From IMG/VR virus record IMGVR_UViG_3300025401_000005, positions 1 to 51,550 of that record: 51,550 bases of DNA; one strand, written 5' to 3'. The stretch's first letter is position 1; every line of letters starts with the position of its first letter. Below are positions 19,417 to 27,635 of this stretch, piece by piece. Position numbers and translations under genes: made by a program. Source of the DNA: a virus. Taxonomy: Duplodnaviria > Caudoviricetes. A model generated the notes under the pieces. It searched no databases. It was not told the origin of the DNA and saw only the letters and a list, made by a program, of their open reading frames with translations.

Positions 19417-19852
19417 TTTCTTATTGAATTCGGTGTTGATGTTTTTATTGATTGTGGGGCTTGTTGGCTTCCTCGCGGAAATAATTGGCGATGCCTTCAT
19501 CCCAGTTTTCGGAAACGGAATCGCATAGCCTTTCCAAAAGCTCACGGAGCCTTTCGACCTCGTTGGATTTTCTTTGTGCGGATTCTGACGCTTCTTGGGC
19601 TACAATATAAAGACGATCGGTCTCTGCTTGGAGCCTTGCGACCTCGTTGGTTTTCTCTGGTGATTGGGCTAAATCCCTCCATTGCTTGATAGTGATCCCA
19701 TCGCTGGCCTCTTGGACTCCATAATAATTGACATATAAAGACCCATCGTTTCTTTGATCAAAACGTAAAATGCATTGTTCGGGCCAGTTCTCTGGAATTC
19801 CGTTGGCGATTTTTAAAAATGGTTTTAATGCCTCACGGAGCCTTGCGACCTC
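18981..19852. repeat. Four dispersed ~20-26 bp repeats (C)CTCACGGAGCCTTGCGACCTC(GTTG) encoding NEVARLRE
   Basis: Copies at 18981, 19541, 19630 and 19831; weaker variant near 19257. Confidence 0.85.
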
Positions 19853-19936
19853 TTTCTCGGCGAGTTGCTTTCTGTGCTCAACGCAAGCGTCGAGGAGTTG
19901 ATTGCTGAACTCGGTAATGCTGTTGTTGGGGTTCAT
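19445..19936 (-). CDS. Modular hypothetical protein with three EV(A/E)RL linkers
   Basis: 163 aa; ATGA overlap with the ligase stop. Confidence 0.6.
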   Translation of the reverse strand: MNPNNSITEFSNQLLDACVEHRKQLAEKEVARLREALKPFLKIANGIPENWPEQCILRFDQRNDGSLYVNYYGVQEASDGITIKQWRDLAQSPEKTNEVARLQAETDRLYIVAQEASESAQRKSNEVERLRELLERLCDSVSENWDEGIANYFREEANKPHNQ

Positions 19937-20538
19937 TTTGTTTTTCCTTTCGGTTCCTCGTCTTTTTGAATCGTGACCTTGAATCCCACATTTCCAGCAA
20001 CGTGAAACGCAATCACTCCTTCTGGATTCATGTATCCTTTTACGGCTTGGCTCCCCTCGATCTTTAGCCGCTCAATCTGCTTGTTCGCCTCGTTGAAGTC
20101 TCCGACTCCAAGAATCGGAACAAGGCCACAGCAAGCAGGAAGAACGTCTTGGTATTTCTCAATGCGAGGGTCAGCGGTAGGCATCCTTTGCGGGGCACTT
20201 CCCTCCAAGCACCAACGCTGTACGTTAAATAGGGAGAAGAATTTCTCTCCCTGCGTGTATCCATAGCCACGCTGAATGCCACTTCCCCACCACTCTCCGA
20301 AGTGGGAGCCTACGCCTAGCTCCATCAGGGAGTCTTTATGGGCGTATGCCCACTTAGCGAATCCGTGGTTGTCGTCCTCTGGCGTGATCCAACGTGTGCG
20401 AGATCCGACGAGGAATTGACCATCCTCGGTGATCTTGATTTGTGCGTTGGTGCCGTCGATTTTCTCTGTGACGATCACCTGACGGTTGAGTCGAGCGATC
20501 TTGGGGAATCCCGTGAAGGGTGTGGTGTCGGGGTTCAT
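19933..20538 (-). CDS. RNA ligase (Rnl2-like adenylyltransferase domain)
   Basis: FPKIARL, motif I TEKIDGTN, GSRTRW, FGEWWG, FSLFN, PEGVI, FK. Confidence 0.85.
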   Translation of the reverse strand: MNPDTTPFTGFPKIARLNRQVIVTEKIDGTNAQIKITEDGQFLVGSRTRWITPEDDNHGFAKWAYAHKDSLMELGVGSHFGEWWGSGIQRGYGYTQGEKFFSLFNVQRWCLEGSAPQRMPTADPRIEKYQDVLPACCGLVPILGVGDFNEANKQIERLKIEGSQAVKGYMNPEGVIAFHVAGNVGFKVTIQKDEEPKGKTK

Positions 20539-20699
20539 TTCATTTCCTCCATGTTTTCCAATGCCGTTGCACAAATCTCATGGATCTTCAGAGATTTCCC
20601 AAGGCTATTGAACTCCATAACTTTTTTGATCACTTCCTCAAGATAGATGATCTTGAGTTGTAGTTCTGATTCTAATTCTGTTTGCGTATCTTCACTCAT
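20535..20699 (-). CDS. Small hypothetical protein (MSEDTQTELE...)
   Basis: Translated by hand; ATGA overlaps on both sides. Confidence 0.55.
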   Translation of the reverse strand: MSEDTQTELESELQLKIIYLEEVIKKVMEFNSLGKSLKIHEICATALENMEEMK

Positions 20700-21184
20700 T
20701 TGTTTCGGTTGTTGTATTGTTGCTGAACATGGCTAGGACAATCCTTAAAGGGTGTATCCAGAAATTGGGCTGGATAACCCTGCTCAATCATCCATTCTCT
20801 GAATGCCTGTGCATCCGTATTCGATATAGGTGTATTGAATACTGGTCTTTGTGGTCTTTGACTCAATGCCGCATAGTCCATTCCCTCGTCCTCGTACCGG
20901 GCTTGATTGATCCATGTGGAAGGATGAGGAATAAACTTGCCCTGTTCTCTTTGCCAATCTGGAGAGGCAATAGCCTTCCGTAGTGCCGCCAGGATGTCCT
21001 CAAGTTGAGGTAGGTTGTTCTTGGCCCATGCCGCCCTTGCCGCCCCCTTCCCTGTCTTGCGTGGATAAGCCTTCCAGAACACATCAAAAGCCTCTCCAAT
21101 GGCTTTCAGATTGCGTCTAGGCTTTTTTCCTGCTGGTTCGTATGCCCTGCCACAGCAGGGGCAAGTGTCATCAGAATTGCTCAT
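20696..21184 (-). CDS. Replication-initiator C-terminal-domain protein
   Basis: FDVFWKAYPRKTGKGAARAAW..FIPHPSTWINQARYEDE signature of phage replisome-organiser C-termini; N-terminal CPCCG. Confidence 0.7.
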   Translation of the reverse strand: MSNSDDTCPCCGRAYEPAGKKPRRNLKAIGEAFDVFWKAYPRKTGKGAARAAWAKNNLPQLEDILAALRKAIASPDWQREQGKFIPHPSTWINQARYEDEGMDYAALSQRPQRPVFNTPISNTDAQAFREWMIEQGYPAQFLDTPFKDCPSHVQQQYNNRNK

Positions 21185-21512
21185 AGACCCACTCCTTTTT
21201 CTTATACTGAACAGCAGTAAATATAAACCAAGGATGCATTTCAGCGGCTACTTTAATTTTTATTCTACCTGCTTGATGCCAAAACCCCTTAATTTCTATA
21301 AACTCAATAGATCCATCTTTATGAATTAATAGAAAATCAGGAGTATAGGTTGTTAATTTTGCCAGCTTCAATGCCATAGCCTCAAACTGGTAGTGATGGA
21401 TCTCTCCTGCTTTCTTTCGTTCCTCTAGCAAAGCGGCGTAGGCTTGCTCTGTCTTGTTCATCTTACCCGCCACTCGCCGGGTAGTGTTTCCTTTGGCCCT
21501 AAAGTGTCTCAT
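21171..21512 (-). CDS. PD-(D/E)XK endonuclease (DUF1064-like, possible resolvase)
   Basis: MNKTE..Y, YTPDF, IEIKG. Confidence 0.75.
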   Translation of the reverse strand: MRHFRAKGNTTRRVAGKMNKTEQAYAALLEERKKAGEIHHYQFEAMALKLAKLTTYTPDFLLIHKDGSIEFIEIKGFWHQAGRIKIKVAAEMHPWFIFTAVQYKKKEWVYEQF

Positions 21513-21840
21513 CGTATGCAGATTTCTTGCACTTGAAGATGCCTTCAAGGTCTGGTTCCTGTCTCATGATCAAACGACTATATGCCGCACGAAAATCATT
21601 GGAGAGTCGGTATTCCTCCTCGGATTCCGTGGTCATGTAGTAGTTCCAGCGGAGAACTTCGTAAAGCATTCCGATACCAACTACGGCATCTGGTCTACGC
21701 TCCCGAAACTTCCTAGCTAGGTTGACTAGGTTTTTGTAAACATGGGGATTGTTGGCATGAAAGCGGTCAAACCGGGATGCCATATCGTCCAAGGGATTCT
21801 CCTCAATAGGGGAGAAGTCAAAGTCGAATTGATCACTCAT
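21499..21840 (-). CDS. Conserved-looking phage hypothetical protein
   Basis: FHANNPHVY..YEVLRW..LSNDFRAAYSR pattern. Confidence 0.65.
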   Translation of the reverse strand: MSDQFDFDFSPIEENPLDDMASRFDRFHANNPHVYKNLVNLARKFRERRPDAVVGIGMLYEVLRWNYYMTTESEEEYRLSNDFRAAYSRLIMRQEPDLEGIFKCKKSAYDETL

Positions 21841-22034
21841 TGTTTCGGGAAGTTAATTTGACTTTTGTTGTTTGAGTAGCAGTCGAGGTTGGAAAAAGTC
21901 CTCTGAACCGATCTCCTTCCTGCATCGAATGCCGCCATGATCCGCTCCTCTAGTGAAGGAATACGATTATTCTCCCCAAGGAATCGGATGTGTTCACCAT
22001 TGATGTATTCATGTGCTTCTTTAGAGTAGTTCAT
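21837..22034 (-). CDS. Hypothetical protein
   Basis: 4-bp overlaps with neighbours. Confidence 0.55.
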   Translation of the reverse strand: MNYSKEAHEYINGEHIRFLGENNRIPSLEERIMAAFDAGRRSVQRTFSNLDCYSNNKSQINFPKQ

Positions 22035-22258
22035 ACGAGTCCATTTTCAATTGCCGCCCGATCCATGAAGGTTGAGAAAAGGTAAGTGAACCTATTCTGA
22101 TCCAGCTTTCCTGCTTCTGTTTTAGACATAGCTTTCGCTTCTGCCTCGGCATCTGGAATGAGTTTGTTGCGTTCAGCAATGTACTCACAGTTGTGCCAGA
22201 CAGGAACCTCCTGCTGGAATGCGACTTCCAGACAGGAGCAATACCTTGGAACCATCAT
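22031..22258 (-). CDS. Hypothetical protein
   Basis: 4-bp overlaps with neighbours. Confidence 0.55.
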   Translation of the reverse strand: MMVPRYCSCLEVAFQQEVPVWHNCEYIAERNKLIPDAEAEAKAMSKTEAGKLDQNRFTYLFSTFMDRAAIENGLV

Positions 22259-22512
22259 TTGTGAAGAGAAATAATGGTGATGAGAGTGATGACTCCCAGG
22301 ATGATTCCAATGAATACAATCCGGGCAATCGTCAGCAGATCCTCAATCCTTTCTTTAAGCTCAAGAATCTCTGTGTGGTGATGGCGAACAGTCTCAAGGA
22401 GGTGGGTTGACTCCCTGTTTTGGAAGTCAAGTCCAGCCTCCAATTGAAGTACTTTTTCCTCAATAGGAGTAGGTGCTACTTTTTTTGTGCGCGGTTTTCT
22501 GGTTGTGGTCAT
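22255..22512 (-). CDS. Coiled-coil protein with C-terminal transmembrane helix
   Basis: IVFIGIILGVITLITII. Confidence 0.6.
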   Translation of the reverse strand: MTTTRKPRTKKVAPTPIEEKVLQLEAGLDFQNRESTHLLETVRHHHTEILELKERIEDLLTIARIVFIGIILGVITLITIISLHK

Positions 22513-22541
22513 GTGGTGCGTGGTTGCTGGTTGGGTTGTGG

Positions 22542-22865
22542 TTAGAATGGGATCTCGTCCTCATCATCTTCCTGTACAACAGGCTTCGGACGATTCTTGA
22601 ATGCGGGTGCGGGTTTGATATTGTCGGCAAAGCTCCTTGTGGTCTTCACCTTGTAGTTTCCCAATATCGGAGCCTTCTTGCCGGCATCTCTGGATGCCTT
22701 GGAAAGACTCTGCTTAATAACTCCATCATTCCCGTACTGATCGGGAACCTCTGTTCCTGTTTCATCGGTGTTTGGAAACATGACAATGTCCAAATACTTT
22801 GCGGTTTTTCCCTGGTACAGTTCCTCTTTGAGGATCTTCGTTACATCTATTTTTCCTGTTATCAT
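22542..22865 (-). CDS. Single-stranded DNA-binding-like protein
   Basis: KIDVTKI..KYLDI..PILGN core with acidic tail DDEDEIPF; adjacent to recombination genes. Confidence 0.7.
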   Translation of the reverse strand: MITGKIDVTKILKEELYQGKTAKYLDIVMFPNTDETGTEVPDQYGNDGVIKQSLSKASRDAGKKAPILGNYKVKTTRSFADNIKPAPAFKNRPKPVVQEDDEDEIPF

Positions 22866-22880
22866 ACTTTTTTGTTGCTT

Positions 22881-23081
22881 TTATGTTGTTGTTACTGGTT
22901 CCCCTCCCTCACCTATGAAACCTTCAACGGTGAGGTAGCGGAACAGATTCTGTACTTCTTGTGGCTTGACGCGCCGATTGTCGGCTGGTGTTGCCATGAA
23001 GCTACCTTCTCTCCAAATGACGACCCATTCGCGCCGTTTGAATTGAATGTAAAGTGCCCGGTCATAATTGTCATTTGTCAC
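22881..23081 (-). CDS. Hypothetical protein
   Basis: Probable GTG start overlapping the nuclease stop; ends FRYLTVEGFI.. Confidence 0.5.
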   Translation of the reverse strand: MTNDNYDRALYIQFKRREWVVIWREGSFMATPADNRRVKPQEVQNLFRYLTVEGFIGEGGEPVTTT

Positions 23082-24162
23082 GCTTGATGCCTGGTTCGCC
23101 TTCGGATGTTTCGATGAGCCAGCCAAGTGCCTCGTCGAGTTTAGCCTTTGCATCCCGGCCCTTTGTGCCTGTTGCCTTTGCAACTGCTTTTTCCAATGCC
23201 GTGACGCTGATCTTTGCACAAGATAAGATAGCATCTGATGACAGAGTACCAGAAAGTGCAGATATAGCGGCGTTCGTATCGGAAACACTTCTGGATGTTC
23301 GCCCTTTTGACAGGGACAGTCCAGCAATTTGCGCCCCTGCAATAAGCCTTGTCTTGAGTTCCTTTCGGATCTCGGCAATGAAGTCCTCAACTACCTCGGC
23401 CTTGGCATCCAAGGAGGCTAATTCCTCATTTGAAAGCGTCGATACGGAAACGCTGGAGGCTATCTGAAGCGTTGTTGTAGCGGCTTGTTGGTTGCCATAA
23501 GCCTCTGGACAAATGCTTTTAGCACGACACCATTTGCAAGCATCTGGACTAGGAGTTCTTGGAGCGTCAGGAAATGATGAAGTATGAACGATGCCAAGGA
23601 TTTCCTTTTCAGCCTGTGCTAACTCATCCTCATTGTACTCGGCAATCGTCTTGGCTCCTGCCATTGGCTGAATGATCGCAACATAGATGGTCTTGAGTTG
23701 GGGAAATGCCTTCTTGACCAAGACCGCATATGCTCGGAGTTGGTAATTTTCAGCGGCATTGCTCTGTGCGTTTCGACCTGTCTTGTAATCGGTGATGAGT
23801 GCTGTCTCCTCACCAAAGAAGTCGATCCTGTCAATCGCTCCAGAGAATAGATTTTCTTTGAAGAGTTCGTCGTAATACCAATACCTTTCCTCGACGATCT
23901 CCTTGGTGCGTTCACCAAGATCCAGTTGAGCAATTAACTCATTGAATTGAGATAAACATCTTGTGGCGATTTCTTGCCCCTCTTCGGTGAGAGAATCGTA
24001 CTTCTTGGTTCCCGCTAGGACGGCATGAATATCCGTTCCCAACTGCATATACTTATTCTCCTCCTGTGGAGGTAGCGTGGACTCTAGGTTCCAGCTACCG
24101 GGGCATAGGGCAAGTCGAGAGATGCCGCTACAGGAGGGCTTTCCGTTGCGTTCGTCAGTCAT
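23071..24162 (-). CDS. Cas4-like / DUF2800-type PD-(D/E)XK exonuclease
   Basis: CPGS, GTDIH, GAID, DYKTG, QLRAYA, CKWCRAKSIC (Fe-S Cys pattern). Confidence 0.85.
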   Translation of the reverse strand: MTDERNGKPSCSGISRLALCPGSWNLESTLPPQEENKYMQLGTDIHAVLAGTKKYDSLTEEGQEIATRCLSQFNELIAQLDLGERTKEIVEERYWYYDELFKENLFSGAIDRIDFFGEETALITDYKTGRNAQSNAAENYQLRAYAVLVKKAFPQLKTIYVAIIQPMAGAKTIAEYNEDELAQAEKEILGIVHTSSFPDAPRTPSPDACKWCRAKSICPEAYGNQQAATTTLQIASSVSVSTLSNEELASLDAKAEVVEDFIAEIRKELKTRLIAGAQIAGLSLSKGRTSRSVSDTNAAISALSGTLSSDAILSCAKISVTALEKAVAKATGTKGRDAKAKLDEALGWLIETSEGEPGIKRDK

Positions 24163-24452
24163 TTTTTTTGAGCAGTTTTTGTGCAAGATTCAAGAAATCT
24201 TTGAATAAAGTTCTTTCCTTCAATCATCTTGCAGTAATTATTCCTTTTTCTTTCTTCTTCAGTTTTTTTAATTAGATCAAATGAGTGTTTGTAAAATTCT
24301 AATTCCTTTTTTGCTTTAATTGTTTTCTCCTCATAATCATTCAGTTTATTGATTGTTACTCTCATCCAATGCTGAAAAAACCTTGAAGGAAGTTCGTTAT
24401 GGATTTGCATGAGAATTGATACCAACTCTCTATGAGTTATGTTTTTAATCAT
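24159..24452 (-). CDS. AT-rich hypothetical protein
   Basis: Fills the gap between the RecT-like gene and the exonuclease. Confidence 0.5.
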   Translation of the reverse strand: MIKNITHRELVSILMQIHNELPSRFFQHWMRVTINKLNDYEEKTIKAKKELEFYKHSFDLIKKTEEERKRNNYCKMIEGKNFIQRFLESCTKTAQKK

Positions 24453-24453
24453 A

Positions 24454-25260
24454 TTAGAGTGCTGGTTTGAATGATTTGACTTGCTCCCAATTCTTGATGA
24501 GTCGAGTGATTACCTTTTCGGGTATGTCGAAAATATAGATGTTCCGATCCGTAATGATCTTTTTCGCATACAGGAAATGAAGAACATGATCGTCGGAGAT
24601 GTTGTCCGTAGTCATCATGCTAACCAGTAAATCAACAGGAGTCTGTGGAAGCTCTTTGGTAGCCTCTGGAGCCTCCTGTGGCTCGGTTTCTTCCACCAAC
24701 TCGGCAACGATAGGGGTTGCTTCTTCAGCCTTGATTACAGGCTTTTCTATACGAACTGGCTTGGTATCAAAATCCTGTACTTCCTCGGCAAGATACACTC
24801 CATTTAGGCAAGCGGGGTACAGGGCGCGAACCAGTTCAGCAACGCAACGGGCTGAAAGCATAGCACAAGGATATGTCTTCCAGTTCTGTTTGCCGGTGAG
24901 GCCGGCGGCGTTTGCCCTGTCCATAGTCCAGGTCACTTGGAGAGTTCCTCCCGCTGGATGCTTTCCTTCCAGAATGCATTCCTTGTCCGTTCGTTTGATC
25001 CATTGGATGGTTCCTCCTGCTTGCTGGAACCGGGCGAGACAGGCTTGTGACTTCAAGGCCGGTCGGCCTTGGATCACATCGTATTCAGCACAAATTGATG
25101 CGAATGGTTTGTTCTCGGAGACTGCAAGGAGTCCCAGGGCGAGTGCCTGTTCTGGACTCTTCATACCGAAAAGTCCTGATTTTGCGATGGCAAGTGCCAT
25201 GCGCTCCATTTCCCCCATAGAGGGTTGACTAACAGCTAGGGTATTAGTATTGGTGTTCAT
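24454..25260 (-). CDS. RecT/Bet-like single-strand annealing recombinase
   Basis: IQGRPAL..ANAAGL..NWKTYPCAMLSARC..YPACLNGVYLAEE. Confidence 0.8.
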   Translation of the reverse strand: MNTNTNTLAVSQPSMGEMERMALAIAKSGLFGMKSPEQALALGLLAVSENKPFASICAEYDVIQGRPALKSQACLARFQQAGGTIQWIKRTDKECILEGKHPAGGTLQVTWTMDRANAAGLTGKQNWKTYPCAMLSARCVAELVRALYPACLNGVYLAEEVQDFDTKPVRIEKPVIKAEEATPIVAELVEETEPQEAPEATKELPQTPVDLLVSMMTTDNISDDHVLHFLYAKKIITDRNIYIFDIPEKVITRLIKNWEQVKSFKPAL

Positions 25261-25290
25261 GTATTGTGGTTGCGTGGTTGCTCTGCAATG

Positions 25291-25330
25291 TCGGGCGGGA
25301 GTTGTTCATGGCTCCCGCCCGATCCTTTTT
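25291..25330. terminator. 11-bp GC hairpin (terminator-like; T-tract on + strand)
   Basis: TCGGGCGGGAG..CTCCCGCCCGA followed by TCCTTTTT. Confidence 0.6.
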
Positions 25331-25336
25331 AACTCC

Positions 25337-25456
25337 TTATTTCTTCTTTGCGCCCTTGTTCATCATTGAACTAGCGGACTTCATCTTGGTTGCTTTTGCG
25401 GCGGGTTTTGCCTTCTCCATCTTGGGCATTTTGCCCTTGGTCATCATCTTCTTCAT
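25337..25456 (-). CDS. Very small K/M-rich protein (MKKMMTKGKMPK...)
   Basis: Translated by hand, 39 aa; ATGA overlap. Confidence 0.5.
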   Translation of the reverse strand: MKKMMTKGKMPKMEKAKPAAKATKMKSASSMMNKGAKKK

Positions 25457-25599
25457 TTTCTTTTGGTTTTGGTTTTGGGTTTGCGGCCCTTGGTTTCTGG
25501 TTTTTCCTTCTTCTGTTTTTTGACAGGAGAAATTTCTTCTTCTACTGGTGCGGTCTGGTTCAGCTTCTTGCGAATCAGTTCTTTTAGAGCGTCGAGCAT
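25453..25599 (-). CDS. Small K-rich protein (MLDALKELIRKK...)
   Basis: Translated by hand, 48 aa; TAATG and ATGA overlaps. Confidence 0.5.
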   Translation of the reverse strand: MLDALKELIRKKLNQTAPVEEEISPVKKQKKEKPETKGRKPKTKTKRK

Positions 25600-25748
25600 T
25601 ACTCGGAAGCGTGAGGAGTCGGTGCTACTGGTTTTGGAGCCTCGTCCTTGTGGATGAGGGCATGAACCTCAAGAAGAAGTTCTTGTGAGATGTGACCAAG
25701 TTTGTTGGCAATCTCTTGAGCAATGTTGTTGAGTTCGGCTAGTGTCAT
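25599..25748 (-). CDS. Hypothetical protein (MTLAELNN...)
   Basis: A/C-rich leader and stop-start overlap. Confidence 0.55.
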   Translation of the reverse strand: MTLAELNNIAQEIANKLGHISQELLLEVHALIHKDEAPKPVAPTPHASE

Positions 25749-25768
25749 TGTTGGTGTTTGGTTGTGGT

Positions 25769-26032
25769 TTACTTGCACTTCCAAGCCCGGAGGGACTTAT
25801 TAATGCGAGAGTTTGGGTCTCTAGCGGTTTTTGCGCTAGTGAGTTTAGAACGCATCCCTTTCATCCTGGCGCAAAAAGAAGATTTGCGACCGGCCTCGGC
25901 CTTGGTCTTGGGATTAGGTGCGGGAGGCTTCAAGTGTCCCCCATGAGCTTTATTGTAGGAAGCCCTGCCAGCGGCATTTAAGCCTCCCTTTGGGTTCTGT
26001 CCTGCCTTTGTCTGCCATTTTTCGGATGCCAT
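25769..26032 (-). CDS. Basic phage protein (DUF6321-like)
   Basis: NPKGGLNAAGRASY..SFCARMKG..DPNSRINKSLRAWKC. Confidence 0.7.
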   Translation of the reverse strand: MASEKWQTKAGQNPKGGLNAAGRASYNKAHGGHLKPPAPNPKTKAEAGRKSSFCARMKGMRSKLTSAKTARDPNSRINKSLRAWKCK

Positions 26033-26033
26033 A

Positions 26034-26183
26034 TTATTTCTTTTTAGCGGTTTTCTTTGATTCTCTAAAAGCCTTTGCTGTTGGTGCGCCCTTTGAGCCA
26101 GGCTTCCTCATGCGCTCCCCGCTACCGGCGGCAATGCGCTTTTGTTTTGCATGAATGTTGGAATAAAGACCGGGGTTAGTCAT
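26034..26183 (-). CDS. Small basic phage protein (MTNPGLYSNIHAKQKRI...)
   Basis: Translated by hand; GLYxNIHAK..RI..GSGE.MRKPGSKGAPT pattern recurrent in phages. Confidence 0.65.
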   Translation of the reverse strand: MTNPGLYSNIHAKQKRIAAGSGERMRKPGSKGAPTAKAFRESKKTAKKK

Positions 26184-26247
26184 AAGGTACAAATTGCGAG
26201 GGTGATTAGAGTGAGTGCTAGTATAAAAGCCGCAACAAATCTCGGAC

Positions 26248-26430
26248 TCATTGCGGGAGGGATTCTAGGTGACTCTTAAACAGGCGAACAGCATATTTTG
26301 AGAGAGACACATCTGCTTGTTTCGCGGCGGCGGTGAGGCGAACTTTCAATTCGGTTGGGATGTAAAGGCCCAGGTAGCCGTTGGACTTGGATTGGAGTGA
26401 TTCGGTTGTGGTTGTGGTTGATTCAGTCAT
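26248..26430 (-). CDS. Ribbon-helix-helix (Arc/CopG-like) regulator
   Basis: YLGLYIPTELKVRLTAAAKQADVSLSKY. Confidence 0.65.
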   Translation of the reverse strand: MTESTTTTTESLQSKSNGYLGLYIPTELKVRLTAAAKQADVSLSKYAVRLFKSHLESLPQ

Positions 26431-26449
26431 AGGTTTGAGCGGGTAGTTT

Positions 26450-26623
26450 TTAGGAGTTTGTGGATTCTGTCAAATTCTTTTTGACAGGGTAAACAGTTTT
26501 TTTGAAGCGAGGATAAGGGAAAAGCCGGTTTCGGTGCTTCAGTTGATTGAGGAACGCGAACCAAAACAGGCATGGCTTGTGACCAGGCGCGTTTGCGGCG
26601 GTGTATGCGGCGAGTGATTTCAT
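26450..26623 (-). CDS. Hypothetical protein
   Basis: ATGA overlap with the upstream ORF. Confidence 0.45.
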   Translation of the reverse strand: MKSLAAYTAANAPGHKPCLFWFAFLNQLKHRNRLFPYPRFKKTVYPVKKNLTESTNS

Positions 26624-26820
26624 AAGAACCAGTCCTCCACTTGGTCTACATCCACTTCTCTCCCGCACTTTGGACATTCCTCTGGCTCGGTGTATGCCCC
26701 GTGGCCCTGTATGGCATCCTCAAAGGCTCCATGCATCCCCCTGTGAGGTTGAGCCGGGTAGTAACGGATCTCAAACTCATGTTCGCATTCGCAATCTCGG
26801 CAAGTGTAGTATAATATCAT
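26620..26820 (-). CDS. Zinc-ribbon protein
   Basis: CRDCECEHEF..CPKCG. Confidence 0.6.
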   Translation of the reverse strand: MILYYTCRDCECEHEFEIRYYPAQPHRGMHGAFEDAIQGHGAYTEPEECPKCGREVDVDQVEDWFL

Positions 26821-26832
26821 TGTTTTGGTTGG

Positions 26833-27171
26833 TTATTTATTCTGAAAGAAGTTTAAAAGCGGTTGCCGCCACAAGAGGTACTTGGGAGTTTCCAACGGAC
26901 TTGGTGCGCTCCACTCGGCGGGGAATCCCATTCGGACTTCCGAATGCGTCGGGTGAGGGTATGTCATGCCGAATTTGATTTTGACATAATCGCGCCATTG
27001 ATCGAATCGTAGCTTCCCGTTGTCCTTGCGGCGGGAGGTAGTCCCCCCTTTGTAATCGGTCGCTATTGGAGTGGGCAACAATCCAAATTCTGGATCGCTT
27101 GTGATCGTACCCGCAATGTCTAGCTTCCAACACTCCCCATCTCGCATCATACCCCATTTCGGCCAGGTCAC
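26833..27171 (-). CDS. Overlapping alternative-frame MTase beta-like chain (motif IX / TRD)
   Basis: LLPTPIATDYKG and PHPTHSEVRMGFPAEWS (motif IX-like); GTG start inside the alpha ORF. Confidence 0.65.
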   Translation of the reverse strand: MTWPKWGMMRDGECWKLDIAGTITSDPEFGLLPTPIATDYKGGTTSRRKDNGKLRFDQWRDYVKIKFGMTYPHPTHSEVRMGFPAEWSAPSPLETPKYLLWRQPLLNFFQNK

Positions 27172-27559
27172 CGAGAACTCTTACGAGTCCCCTAGAAGTG
27201 AGCATTGGGCTATTTTCCACGAACGCGTATTCGGGTCGTACTTCGTCAATGATCCGGGCCATCTCTCCCCACAATCCGCTTCGTTCTCCTGCAAGGCCGG
27301 CCCCGCCGCCGGCTCCGCTAATGTCTTGGCAAGGGAAGCCTCCTGCGACAATGTCAACTTTTCCACGCCAAGGCTTTCCATCGAATGTGGTGACATTGTC
27401 CCAAATTGGGAACTTTGGCAAGATGCCGTCCCGTTGCCGTTGGAGTAGGACTTGTCTGCAATAGGGTTCAAGTTCAACAGCACATACCGTGGTATGTCCG
27501 AGTAGTTGACCGCCGAGGATTCCTCCCCCGATTCCAGCAAAAAGGTGTAGCTCATTCAT
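26837..27559 (-). CDS. DNA cytosine-C5 methyltransferase, alpha-like chain (motifs I-VIII and X)
   Basis: LFAGIGG, GGFPCQDIS, FVENSP, HKRSRIW, GNSQVP; only 240 aa, with no motif IX or TRD in this frame. Confidence 0.9.
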   Translation of the reverse strand: MNELHLFAGIGGGILGGQLLGHTTVCAVELEPYCRQVLLQRQRDGILPKFPIWDNVTTFDGKPWRGKVDIVAGGFPCQDISGAGGGAGLAGERSGLWGEMARIIDEVRPEYAFVENSPMLTSRGLVRVLGDLAEMGYDARWGVLEARHCGYDHKRSRIWIVAHSNSDRLQRGDYLPPQGQREATIRSMARLCQNQIRHDIPSPDAFGSPNGIPRRVERTKSVGNSQVPLVAATAFKLLSE

Positions 27560-27635
27560 TTCCTTTCAGTTTTTCCAACTTGCAGACCCAGGCAATAGCG
27601 TTGAATGGCCCAACAGGGTACCGTTGTGCTTCAGT

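Noticed and set aside
23071-24162. Cas4-like gene as part of a CRISPR system
   Set aside because: No repeat-spacer array or other cas genes were found; its context (RecT-like, SSB-like) is a recombination module.
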